A stretch of DNA of 64,000 nt from an uncultured delta proteobacterium (GTDB lineage Bacteria > Desulfobacterota > Desulfuromonadia > Desulfuromonadales > BM103): contig CAVQRZ010000005.1 in the NCBI GenBank assembly GCA_963715335.1, positions 148,578 to 212,577 on the forward strand, written 5' to 3'. Under the pieces are notes generated by a model that had not been told where the DNA came from, did not search any database, and saw only the letters and a list, made by a program, of their open reading frames with translations. A program made the translations under genes and the position numbers. Positions 9,018 to 18,100 of the stretch are shown here, one piece after another; position 1 is the stretch's first letter; every line of letters begins with the position of its first letter.

Positions 9018-10724
9018 ATGCGCACCATTCTGGCCACCCTGCACAGCAAATTCATCCACAACAGCCTGGCGTTGCCCTGTCTGGCAGCCTACTGTGGTGA
9101 CGGCTGCGGCGAACTCCTGATCCGCGAGTACACCGTACATGAGCCGCGGGAATCCGTCCTTGCCGTGTTGCTGGCTGACGAACCGGATGTCATCGCTTTC
9201 TCAGTCTATCTCTGGAACCGGCGGGAGACCCTCGACCTGGCCGATGCCCTGGCCGTCGCCCGCCCCGATCTGCGCATTGTTCTTGGCGGGCCGGAGACCT
9301 CTTTTGACGATGACACAATCTTTGCCCGGCATCCGGGACTGACTGCGCTGGTCCGTGGCGAAGGGGAAGAACCGCTGCGGACACTCCTCCATGCGTGGCA
9401 GCAGGGACTGCCTCCGGGATTGGTTCCGCGCGCGGTTATCCGTCAGGATGCCAAACTCATCAGCGGTTCCGACAGCCCGCCGCTCAGCAACCTGGACAGC
9501 ATCCCTTCGCCATTTCAGCTAGGTCTGGCCGATTTTTCCCGGGGCCTGGTCTATTACGAAACCAGCCGCGGCTGCCCTTTCCGTTGCAGTTTCTGCCTCA
9601 GCGCCCGCGACAACCTGATGCGAAGCTACTCGATGGAGCGAATCCGGAGCGACCTGCTCCTGCTGATGCAGAACGAAGTCCCCAAGGTCAAGCTGGTCGA
9701 TCGCACATTCAACTACGATCCCCGGCGCGCTCTGCAGATCTTCCGTTTCATCCTCGAGCACAACCGTTCGACCCAGTTCCATTTCGAGATTGGCGCTCAC
9801 CTGCTCGATGACACCACCCTGTCCTTTCTCGAAACGGTGCCGGCCGAGATGTTCCAGTTTGAAATCGGCGTACAGTCGACCCTGGAGAGCACCCTTGACA
9901 CGATCGGCCGCAAGGTCAACCTGGAGGAACTCGAAGAGAATGTGCGCAGATTGATGGAGAGCTGTCGCATCCGCCTGCACCTTGACCTGGTTGCCGGCCT
10001 GCCGGGCGATAACTTCGAGAATTTTATCGCATCGATCGATCGGGTGATCGCACTCAATCCCCACCACCTGCAGGTCGAGCCGGTCAAGCTTTTACCAGGT
10101 TCCCCGCTGCGCGACCAGGCCGAATCACACCGTATCAGGTTCGACCCCAATCCGCCCTACACAATCCTGGGCAGCCCCGACCTCTCATATAACGAGCTGC
10201 GGCAACTCCAGGAGATCAGCCGACTGCTTGATCTGACCTACAACAGCGACTGCTTTGCAACCTTCCTGCACGAACTGACGGCAGTCTCAGGTTCCTTTGC
10301 CAGCGGGCTGGTATGGCTGGCCGGCGAATGGCGCCGCCGCAACCTGTTCCGGTTCCCCATGGACCGCCGGGAGGTGTTCAACAGCCTGGTCAGGATTATC
10401 GAACAACGTGACAACGACATCTCAAGGCAACGCCTTCTGGAGGGTCTGGCTTACGATTTCGCCCGTTGCGAACGAGTCGTCACCAACCGCATCCCGGCAT
10501 TCTTCAACACCGGCCTTAGCGCCGAAGAGCAGCTCTGGGTCCAGAATACCGTGCAGAAGCGAGCCGGGGAGATCAAAGGCCAGGGGATCAAGCTGCAATA
10601 CTTCGCCACAGTTTTTTCAGCCCTCCACGACGTCGAACAACCCACCGCCTACCTGTTTCTCTACCTGACGCAGACCGGCCAAAAGATGCAGGTCGAGGAA
10701 TATCTTTTCTGCGAACAACCGTGA
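9018..10724 (+). CDS. B12-binding-domain radical SAM protein (DUF4080-type C-terminus)
   Basis: LHSKFIHNSLAL, YYETSRGCPFRCSFC, KLVDRTFN, FEIGVQS, HLDLVAGLP. Confidence 0.85.
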   Translation: MRTILATLHSKFIHNSLALPCLAAYCGDGCGELLIREYTVHEPRESVLAVLLADEPDVIAFSVYLWNRRETLDLADALAVARPDLRIVLGGPETSFDDDTIFARHPGLTALVRGEGEEPLRTLLHAWQQGLPPGLVPRAVIRQDAKLISGSDSPPLSNLDSIPSPFQLGLADFSRGLVYYETSRGCPFRCSFCLSARDNLMRSYSMERIRSDLLLLMQNEVPKVKLVDRTFNYDPRRALQIFRFILEHNRSTQFHFEIGAHLLDDTTLSFLETVPAEMFQFEIGVQSTLESTLDTIGRKVNLEELEENVRRLMESCRIRLHLDLVAGLPGDNFENFIASIDRVIALNPHHLQVEPVKLLPGSPLRDQAESHRIRFDPNPPYTILGSPDLSYNELRQLQEISRLLDLTYNSDCFATFLHELTAVSGSFASGLVWLAGEWRRRNLFRFPMDRREVFNSLVRIIEQRDNDISRQRLLEGLAYDFARCERVVTNRIPAFFNTGLSAEEQLWVQNTVQKRAGEIKGQGIKLQYFATVFSALHDVEQPTAYLFLYLTQTGQKMQVEEYLFCEQP

Positions 10725-10918
10725 TGTGGCCCGTCACGAAAGGCTGTGGCGCAGCAGCGCCGGGGAGAGGCCCTGTCAGAAAAACCGCACTTGTTCAAAG
10801 GGATTCTCTCTGGCGGCAAAAAGCAGATCGAGAGAGGCGAGGAACCGCCATCAGGAGAATACTCAGGGGTGAGAATTTAAACTCGGCGACGATCAGCGTT
10901 TCATGGCAATCTTTTCCT

Positions 10919-12580
10919 TCACGCACTCCCCAACCGCACAATTAACCCACCGATATAACGCGGATCAATATCTTCGAAGCCGATCGAGCAGAACTCCTCC
11001 TCCCAGATATCCAGGCAATACCCGGCAAAGTCGCCGCCATCCGGCACCAGGGACTCGAGCCAGTGGACAGTTTCTTCGCGCAGGCGCGGGTGCAGCACAC
11101 CCGATTGCGAGACCATCCCGTGCAGACCTGCCAGCTCTTCTTCGGCAAGCGGCAGGGGGAGAAAATCACGGCCCATGAGCTTGTTGGAGAGCGCCGTCAG
11201 GAAGAACTCCACCAGGCTAATGTCTTCGATATCGCCGGGTTGACAGCCATCCAGGTCCAGCGTTGCCGGGTCAGGCAACACAAATGGCAGCCCTTCCTCA
11301 AAAATACGCCGTTGCACTTCGATCCTCGCCAGCCACTGGTCAACCGACCTGATTTCATACAGGTTGGCGAACATGCGCGTGCCACCCCGGGTCGGGTCAC
11401 CCACACCCTCGAAATAGAGCGGCGGGTTCTGAGCGAGCGCCTCGAGGCAGGTCCGTGCGTTCGGGTCAAGATAGGGGGCGAGCGAGGCCCTGCTCAAGGC
11501 TGCGGCCCGGCGCTGCAACTTCAGGGTCAGGCTGTAACCGAGGCGGAACAAGTCTTCACAGTAGCATTCGTCCAGACTGTGCCTGGCCACTGCCAGATCC
11601 TCGCCGGCCAGCCACTCCAGGGCAAGGTTGAGATAGGCATCGACCTTGCTGATCACGTCTTTGACCTGGTCGAGAGCGCCCATTTCGACACGATCGGCCA
11701 TCATCACCTTGTTGACCACGTTGGCCAGTTCCCAGGCCAGCTCTTCGTCCAGCCCTTCGGCGAGGACCTCGGCCAGAATCCCTTTCGGGCGCACCAGCGT
11801 TAAGGTAAAGCCGGGCGCACTCGCCGCAAAGGAGCCGGGAGCGAGTTTGAACGGGCGCTTTTCCCTGTACAGGTCTGGATCCAGCCAGGTGTAGACCTGC
11901 CGTGCCGAGAACGATTCCGGAATCCCCATGTCGAGCAGGCGGCCGGTACGTTGCTGATAGACACACTCCTCGAGCATGATCATCGATTCGGCCCGCACCG
12001 CTTCGAGCAGGTAGACAAAGAACTCCGCCTCGGTGGTCTGCAGGATTTCGATGAGCCGGCCATAGAGTTTGGCGCCATTCTCCGAGCGGTAGTTGATCTC
12101 ATAACCGCCTTCACGCTTCACCGCCTCGGCGCGGGCGTCATCATCGTCGAGCGCATCAGGCCCAGAAATGATTTCCAATTCGGTTTTGAGGATCAGGGTC
12201 AAGAGTTCGAAGTTCATGGTGCGCAGAACGTTGAAGACCGTCTCTTCGTCACTCTCCATCAGGGTCGCGAGCCAGCGATGGGCCTTGGCCGCAGCGAATG
12301 CGTCACCATCCCAGCAGTCAAGGTCAATGAAACCTGTCCATTGTTCAGGCGTAGCAAGGCCGAGCAGTTCCGGCAGGTGTTCCGGGCCACGTTCCATGGC
12401 CAGCAGATACACTTCCTGCGCTGACAACTGCGCGATCAGCTCGGCACCGTTGGCCGCATCAAGTAACAGTTCGGACTTCTGCCGGGCATCCTGGCAGCGC
12501 AGAACATCGATCTGCTCTGCGAACGGCAGCCGGGAGAACTCTTTCTGGCTAATGCTTGGGATGGAAGGTTTGATCGACAT
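10919..12580 (-). CDS. Conserved hypothetical acidic protein (DUF6178-like)
   Basis: 553-aa ORF with GGAG RBS; DLDCW and LFRLGYSL segments. Family assignment is from memory. Confidence 0.55.
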   Translation of the reverse strand: MSIKPSIPSISQKEFSRLPFAEQIDVLRCQDARQKSELLLDAANGAELIAQLSAQEVYLLAMERGPEHLPELLGLATPEQWTGFIDLDCWDGDAFAAAKAHRWLATLMESDEETVFNVLRTMNFELLTLILKTELEIISGPDALDDDDARAEAVKREGGYEINYRSENGAKLYGRLIEILQTTEAEFFVYLLEAVRAESMIMLEECVYQQRTGRLLDMGIPESFSARQVYTWLDPDLYREKRPFKLAPGSFAASAPGFTLTLVRPKGILAEVLAEGLDEELAWELANVVNKVMMADRVEMGALDQVKDVISKVDAYLNLALEWLAGEDLAVARHSLDECYCEDLFRLGYSLTLKLQRRAAALSRASLAPYLDPNARTCLEALAQNPPLYFEGVGDPTRGGTRMFANLYEIRSVDQWLARIEVQRRIFEEGLPFVLPDPATLDLDGCQPGDIEDISLVEFFLTALSNKLMGRDFLPLPLAEEELAGLHGMVSQSGVLHPRLREETVHWLESLVPDGGDFAGYCLDIWEEEFCSIGFEDIDPRYIGGLIVRLGSA

Positions 12581-12666
12581 GGCAGAACTCCACTGAGGGT
12601 AATAGGGAGCACAACTTAATCGATGTGGGGATGTGCGTCAAGGGGACAGGCGGTTATTGTCGATCA

Positions 12667-13488
12667 TCAGCCGATACTGCCGAGGCTGGCCAGGGACACC
12701 ATCATATCTTTCCGGACGAGCCCTGCATCGCCCAGCACCATCAATGCATTCTTGCCGACACAGGCAAAGCCTTCTGCAGCAAGAAGTCGGCGGGCCGGTG
12801 AAGAAGCAAGGGCGTCAACCACAACTTCGACATGAGGGTCCGCAGCAATGAGAATTTTTTGCAGCAGCAGCCGGTTGGCTCTCGGACAGCGGGAGGGCGA
12901 ATACCAGGGCCCGATGATCTGCAGGCCAGGCTCACGCTGGAGCAGCGCGACCGAGCCATCACAGGCGAAGGCCTGACCACACACGCTAAGGGCACCAAGC
13001 AGGACGGTCCGGTCCTCACCCCATGCGGCCCGATCCTGATTCCGCAGGAGTTGCTCCGCGTCGTTCTCGAACCCGGCAGCCTGACCACAACCTGCTCTTT
13101 TGCCGATTATCCACCTCTCGATTTTGTCGACCAGAACGAACCCGGATTTTTCATAAATTGGCCGGCCCATTTCTGAAGCCGTCAACCAGATGGTCTCCAG
13201 GTTTTGAGCCTGCAGCGCCGAGAGTGCCGCCATGAACAGTTGCGAACCGTGACCCCGGCCCCGCAGCTGCTCCGGCACGATCAGGTTGCCGATCCAGCCG
13301 CTGCGCTGGTAGGCAACCGAGGTCACCAGGCCACAGAAGATCTGTCCCTTCTCCAGGACCCGCGCATAACAGGGCCACGATTCCCTGAATAGTTGACGTT
13401 CGGTTTCGGGGACGCGCCAGCCCTCTGTCTCTGCAATGGTGTGAAAATTATCCCAATCGGATTTTTCTGCGAGACGGATCTTTTTCAT
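12667..13488 (-). CDS. GNAT family acetyltransferase
   Basis: GWIGNLIVPEQLRGRGHGSQLF (motif A), WLTASEMGRPIYEKSGF. Confidence 0.8.
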   Translation of the reverse strand: MKKIRLAEKSDWDNFHTIAETEGWRVPETERQLFRESWPCYARVLEKGQIFCGLVTSVAYQRSGWIGNLIVPEQLRGRGHGSQLFMAALSALQAQNLETIWLTASEMGRPIYEKSGFVLVDKIERWIIGKRAGCGQAAGFENDAEQLLRNQDRAAWGEDRTVLLGALSVCGQAFACDGSVALLQREPGLQIIGPWYSPSRCPRANRLLLQKILIAADPHVEVVVDALASSPARRLLAAEGFACVGKNALMVLGDAGLVRKDMMVSLASLGSIG

Positions 13489-13503
13489 CTTTGTTGAACG
13501 GAA

Positions 13504-13566
13504 GAAGCCCACAGAACACAATGCTCCATGGGCTTCCTCACCTGAAGGAGGTACACGTATGCACCT
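13504..13566 (-). promoter_or_regulatory. ANTAR-like twin hairpin overlapping a terminator (GNAT leader)
   Basis: Minus strand: AGGTGC-ATACGT-GTACCT, then GGT-GAGGAA-GCC overlapping stem GAAGCCCATGGAGCA-TTG-TGTTCTGTGGGCTTC. Loop 1 deviates from consensus and the U tail is weak. Confidence 0.5.
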
Positions 13567-13581
13567 ATAGCCCTGATTATC

Positions 13582-13597
13582 AGCAACAGCCGTGCCA
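13582..13597 (-). promoter_or_regulatory. Sigma54 (-24/-12) promoter of the GNAT gene
   Basis: Minus strand TGGCACGGCTGTTGCT (GG-N10-GC). IHF consensus TATCAGGAGGTTG at 13617-13629 just upstream. Confidence 0.8.
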
Positions 13598-13745
13598 AAA
13601 AAACGTGACCTTGTGTTATCAGGAGGTTGCGGAAATGCACCGGGATCAATTGTGTACAGAATGACTCAGCGTTGTGCATAAATTGATCTTTAGTGCAGAA
13701 ATAATTTTTCTTCGACAAAGCGATATGAATGCCCCGATCCATGCG

Positions 13746-14885
13746 TCAGGCCACCTTGAGACCGGCACTGTAAAGCCGTACCAGGTCGAGGTCAGACAAT
13801 GAGCGCTTGTTGCTCTGCGCCACAAGGCGCACCTGCTCGAGAAGCAGGTTAGCAGCCCTGTCATCAAGGTGGATGCCGAGTCGCTCAAGGCGATCTTGCA
13901 GACCATGACTGCCAGAGTGCTTACCGACCACCATGTGTCGGCTCAAACCGACCTCGGCCGGGTCGTAGCCTTCGTAGTTGCCGGGGTATTTGAGAACACC
14001 ATCAGTATGCAGCCCCGACTCATGGGAAAAAACCTTCTCGCCGACCACGGCCTTCCATTCCGGAACCGGTCGGCAACTGGCCTGCCCGACCAGTCGGGAC
14101 AGTTCAAGGAAGCGGCCGGTGTCGATCGACAGATCAATACCGCAGGCGTATTTGAGCGCCATGACGACTTCCTCTAAAGCCGCGTTGCCGGCCCGTTCGC
14201 CAAGGCCGTTGACCGTGGTGTTGACGAACCGGGCACCGCCCCGGATACCGGCGATCGCGTTGGCCGTGGCCATGCCGAGGTCGTTGTGGGTGTGGACCTC
14301 CAGGTCGAGATCGCCCCTGGAGGCCAGATACCTCACCTTGTCGTAAGTGGCAAAAGGATCGAGGATGCCGAGGGTGTCACAGAAGCGGAAACGATCAGCG
14401 CCGAGGTTGCGGGCAATCGACATCAGCTCGACAAGAAAATCGAGATCGGCCCGGCTGGCATCTTCACCGCCGACCGAAACATACAGATCATGCTGCTTGG
14501 CAAAACCCAGCGCCTTCTTGAGCTGCTCCTTCACCCAGTTGCGATCCTTGCGCAGCTTGTGCCTGATATGGATATCCGAGACCGACAGCGAGATGTCGAC
14601 GGCCTGCACTCCGCTGTCGATCGACGCCTGTATATCGGAAATGACCGCCCGGTTCCAGGTGATCAGGCGGGCGTTCAGACCCAGGTCGACCAGCTTCCTG
14701 ACTGAAGCCTGCTCCGCCCTGCCCATGGCCGGGATGCCGCATTCCAGTTCGCCAACGCCGGTTTCGTCGAGCATGCGGGCGATACGGATCTTTTCTTCAA
14801 GGCTGAAGACGACTCCCGCGGTCTGCTCACCGTCACGTAAGGTTGTGTCGTCGATGATGATTTGTGGTGTGTCGATTTCAGGCAT
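13746..14885 (-). CDS. nifV: Homocitrate synthase
   Basis: DTTLRDGEQTAGVVF, RFRFCDTLGILDP, HTHNDLGMATAN, NGLGERAGNA, FSHESGLHTDG; nif context. Confidence 0.93.
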   Translation of the reverse strand: MPEIDTPQIIIDDTTLRDGEQTAGVVFSLEEKIRIARMLDETGVGELECGIPAMGRAEQASVRKLVDLGLNARLITWNRAVISDIQASIDSGVQAVDISLSVSDIHIRHKLRKDRNWVKEQLKKALGFAKQHDLYVSVGGEDASRADLDFLVELMSIARNLGADRFRFCDTLGILDPFATYDKVRYLASRGDLDLEVHTHNDLGMATANAIAGIRGGARFVNTTVNGLGERAGNAALEEVVMALKYACGIDLSIDTGRFLELSRLVGQASCRPVPEWKAVVGEKVFSHESGLHTDGVLKYPGNYEGYDPAEVGLSRHMVVGKHSGSHGLQDRLERLGIHLDDRAANLLLEQVRLVAQSNKRSLSDLDLVRLYSAGLKVA

Positions 14886-14973
14886 GGGTTACCTCGTATG
14901 TTCCGCAGGCAGAAGGAAAGTGTTTAACGCAAAGGCGCAAAGACGCTAAGATTGCAATCAGGGGCTGAACAGC

Positions 14974-15038
14974 AAAAAGCCCCGGATCTCGCATCGGAGA
15001 GCCAGGGCGTCTTTGCCAGGAGCCGGCAACCTTGCCGG
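14974..15038 (-). promoter_or_regulatory. ANTAR twin-hexaloop element with overlapping terminator (nifV leader)
   Basis: Minus strand CCGGC-AAGGTT-GCCGG, then GGC-AAAGAC-GCC, overlapping GCCCTGG..CCGGGGC-TTTTT. Confidence 0.8.
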
Positions 15039-15058
15039 ACAAATCTGGATTAAGGTTA

Positions 15059-15074
15059 AGCAAACTGCGTGCCT
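15059..15074 (-). promoter_or_regulatory. Sigma54 promoter of nifV
   Basis: Minus strand AGGCACGCAGTTTGCT (GG-N10-GC) about 20 nt upstream of the first ANTAR hairpin. Confidence 0.75.
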
Positions 15075-15294
15075 CATCTACCTGCCATGCCACTGAAATG
15101 GACAAGACCCTTAATTTATCTGCTTCTGAACGAAGAGAGACAGACAGATGGCAGGTTTTTCTTCGCGTCTTTGCGCCTTTGTGTTTAGAATTTATGCACA
15201 AAAAAAGAGCACCCAATCCAATTGTTGCCTGACAAGAACACATCCCCTCCCCAACAACTCGATAAAATGCCTGTTTTTGTGCCCATTCTGATCA

Positions 15295-15310
15295 TGGCAA
15301 GACTCTTGCT
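15295..15310 (+). promoter_or_regulatory. Sigma54 promoter of nifE-nifN-nifQ
   Basis: TGGCAAGACTCTTGCT (GG-N10-GC) about 115 nt before the nifE ATG. Confidence 0.75.
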
Positions 15311-15425
15311 CTGTAAGTATCGTAACCAGACATCACCCCCTTTCCCGCCAACGCTGCCGGAAAAACCGGGTTCCCTCCCAAAGATGCGACGGGACTGATT
15401 TCAAGACATTTGAAAGAGGTCCGAA

Positions 15426-16778
15426 ATGGCAGATAAGCCAAAAATCAAAGAACTGCTTGACGAGAGCGCCTGCAGCCACAACAAGGCCAGGAAAGTCGCC
15501 TGTAATGCACCTACTCCCGGGGCAACAACCGGAGGCTGCGCCTTTGAAGGCGCACAGATATCGCTGTTCCCTTATGCCGACGCCGCCCATCTTGTGCATG
15601 GGCCGATGACCTGTCTCGGCACGTCCTGGGAAACCCGCGCCACCGGCACCAGCTGGCAGGGACGCGACCTGACCCAGATGGGCTTCACCACCGACATCAA
15701 CATCAACGACGTGGTCTTCAGCGGTGAAGAAAAAGTCTCTGCCTCGATCGATTACATCGTCGAGCGCTACCAGCCTGAAGCTGTATTCGTCTACAGCACC
15801 TGCGTCACCGCACTGATCGGCGACGATATCGACCTGCTCTGCAAACGAGCCGCAGAGAGACATGACATCCCGGTGATACCGGTGCACGCACCCGGCTTTG
15901 TCGGCAGTAAAAACCTGGGCAGCCGCCTCGCTGGCGAAGCTGTACTGGCCCATCTGGTCGGAACGAAAGAGCCTGACCAAACCACCCCCTTCGATATCAA
16001 CCTGATCGGTGAGTACAACGTCACCGGCGACATGTGGCAATACACGCCGCTGCTCGAGGAGCTCGGCATCCGTGTACTGTCCACCTTGAGCGGCGACGGC
16101 AGGGTCGCACAGATTCGCGCCGCCCATCGGGCCAGGCTCAACGTCATTGTCTGCGCCAAGTCGCTGATCTCACTGACCAGGAAAATGGAGGAGCGCTACG
16201 GCATTCCGTCAATATCCCTCTCATTCTATGGCAAGCGTGACACCAGCGAGGGCTTGCTTGCCATCGCCCGGGCACTCGGTGATGCCGACCTGATTGTCAG
16301 GACGAAAAAACTGGTCGCGCGCGAAGAGCGGAAACTTGATGAAAAGCTGGCGCCTTACAAAGCCTTCTTCCAGGGCAAGAAAGCCGTGTTGAATACCGGT
16401 GGCAACAAGACCTGGTCGATCGCGGCCGCCCTGCAGGACCTCGGCATCGAGGTGGTGGCGACCGCGGTCAAGAAAGCCACCGAGGATGATCGCGAGAAAG
16501 CCCGCCAGACTCTCGGCAAAAACGGCGTGCTGATGATGAACCCTGGCGTCGAGCAGGCAAAGCTGATCGATGAAACCGGCGCCGACCTGTTGCTCGCCGG
16601 CGGTCGCAGCCTCTACACAGCGATCAAGAAGGGGATTGCCTTTGCAGATGTCAACCAGGAGAAGAAAAAGAGCTACGGCGGCTACGACGGTTTGATTAAC
16701 CTTGCTGAAGACCTCAAGAACGCCCTGCAGAATCCGGTCTTTAAAAATGTCGCCAGGAGGGCCCCATGGGCGAGGTAA
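15426..16778 (+). CDS. nifE: FeMo-cofactor scaffold subunit NifE
   Basis: GGCAFEGAQI, AAHLVHGP..C..SW, VFVYSTCVTALIGDD, GFVGSKNLG, TGGNKTWS; ends with APW. Confidence 0.93.
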   Translation: MADKPKIKELLDESACSHNKARKVACNAPTPGATTGGCAFEGAQISLFPYADAAHLVHGPMTCLGTSWETRATGTSWQGRDLTQMGFTTDININDVVFSGEEKVSASIDYIVERYQPEAVFVYSTCVTALIGDDIDLLCKRAAERHDIPVIPVHAPGFVGSKNLGSRLAGEAVLAHLVGTKEPDQTTPFDINLIGEYNVTGDMWQYTPLLEELGIRVLSTLSGDGRVAQIRAAHRARLNVIVCAKSLISLTRKMEERYGIPSISLSFYGKRDTSEGLLAIARALGDADLIVRTKKLVAREERKLDEKLAPYKAFFQGKKAVLNTGGNKTWSIAAALQDLGIEVVATAVKKATEDDREKARQTLGKNGVLMMNPGVEQAKLIDETGADLLLAGGRSLYTAIKKGIAFADVNQEKKKSYGGYDGLINLAEDLKNALQNPVFKNVARRAPWAR

Positions 16779-18100
16779 CCCGCAAGAGAGAGAAGCAGCT
16801 ACAGGTCAACCCCTTCAAGCTCAGTCAGCCGATGGGTGCGACCCTGGCCTTTCTGGGCGTCGACAGGTGCATGCCGCTGATGCACGGGGGTCAGGGGTGT
16901 ACCAGCTTCACCAAGGTCTTCTTCACCCGGCATTTCTGCGAACCGGTCGCCATCCAGACCAGCGCGGTCACCGATGCGATCGCCGTCCTCGACGGCGGCG
17001 ACTACAGCATCGTTGAATCGGTGAAGAATATTACCGGGAAAATGTCGCCAAGCCTGATCGGCCTGCACAGCACCGGTCTGCCGGAAACCAAGGGCGACGA
17101 CCTCCGCGGCGTTGCCAGTCAGATCGGGTTCCCGATGGTCACTGTCAACACCCCGGATTATGAGGGGGGATTGGAAAGCGGATGGGCACTGACCTGCAAG
17201 GCGATGATCGAACAGCTGGTCAAACCGGGCGGAGATGTCGATAACAACAAGCTGGTCCTCTTGCCGCACGTCAGCCTGCAACCGATAGAAGTCGAAAAGA
17301 TCAAGGAGTTCATCGCGAGTTTCGGTTTCAACGTCTTCGCCCTGCCCGACCTGTCGACGTCTCTCGATGGCCATCTCGGCGAAAGACAGGCGGCTCTTTC
17401 CAGCGGGGGCATTGCCGTGGAGGAGATTCGCTCGCTCGGTGATGCCGGGCTGGTGATCAGCGTCGGCGATTCGATGCAGGGCTGCGCGACTGCGCTGCAG
17501 AGGAAAAATGCCGAGATGCGTCATCATCACTTCGCTCATCTGCACGGACTCGAGGCGACCGACTCACTCGTCGAGAAGCTTCTGGCGGAGACTGGCTTCA
17601 GCTCCCCTCCGCAGCCGGTCGCACGCTGGAGGCAACGCCTGCAGGACGCCATGCTCGACAGCCATTTCTCTCTCGGCCAGACCCGCTTTCTGGTCGCGGC
17701 CGAACCGGATCAGCTGGCCGGGATCTGCCAGTCTCTTTATGACGCTGGCGGTAAGGTGGCTCTGGCGATCGCACCCGTCGATTCATCGCAACTGGACAAG
17801 GTGAGGGCCGACCAGGTGATGGTCGGCGATCTGGAAGATGCCGAGGACATGGCCGACAATTACGGCGTCATGATCGGCAACTTTCACTGTGAATCGATTG
17901 CACATCGACAGCAGAAGGGACTTGTCATCAGGGGGTTCCCGAACTGGGAGCAGGTGGGAAATTCGTTGAAGAATGATGTTTTGTACGAGGGGGGATGCTA
18001 CTTCCTGTTCGAGACGGCGAATATCGCCTCAGGGATGCGTTCCGATTCCTACCGTAAAAGCAGTCACTGTGTTATCGAGGAACGGCTAAAGAGAAAATGA
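16766..18100 (+). CDS. nifN: FeMo-cofactor scaffold subunit NifN
   Basis: VNPFKLSQPMGATLAFLG..PLMHGGQGCT, LPDLSTSLDGHL, RLQDAMLDSHF; AGGAGG 5 nt before the ATG. Confidence 0.92.
   Translation: MGEVTRKREKQLQVNPFKLSQPMGATLAFLGVDRCMPLMHGGQGCTSFTKVFFTRHFCEPVAIQTSAVTDAIAVLDGGDYSIVESVKNITGKMSPSLIGLHSTGLPETKGDDLRGVASQIGFPMVTVNTPDYEGGLESGWALTCKAMIEQLVKPGGDVDNNKLVLLPHVSLQPIEVEKIKEFIASFGFNVFALPDLSTSLDGHLGERQAALSSGGIAVEEIRSLGDAGLVISVGDSMQGCATALQRKNAEMRHHHFAHLHGLEATDSLVEKLLAETGFSSPPQPVARWRQRLQDAMLDSHFSLGQTRFLVAAEPDQLAGICQSLYDAGGKVALAIAPVDSSQLDKVRADQVMVGDLEDAEDMADNYGVMIGNFHCESIAHRQQKGLVIRGFPNWEQVGNSLKNDVLYEGGCYFLFETANIASGMRSDSYRKSSHCVIEERLKRK

Larger units (their letters stand above)
14926..15185. repeat. 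Inverted pair of octamer-type tandem repeats bracketing the nifV promoter and leader
   Basis: 14926-14950 AACGCAAAGGCGCAAAGACGCTAAG and 15161-15185 CTTCGCGTCTTTGCGCCTTTGTGTT are reverse complements with 2 mismatches. Confidence 0.75.
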
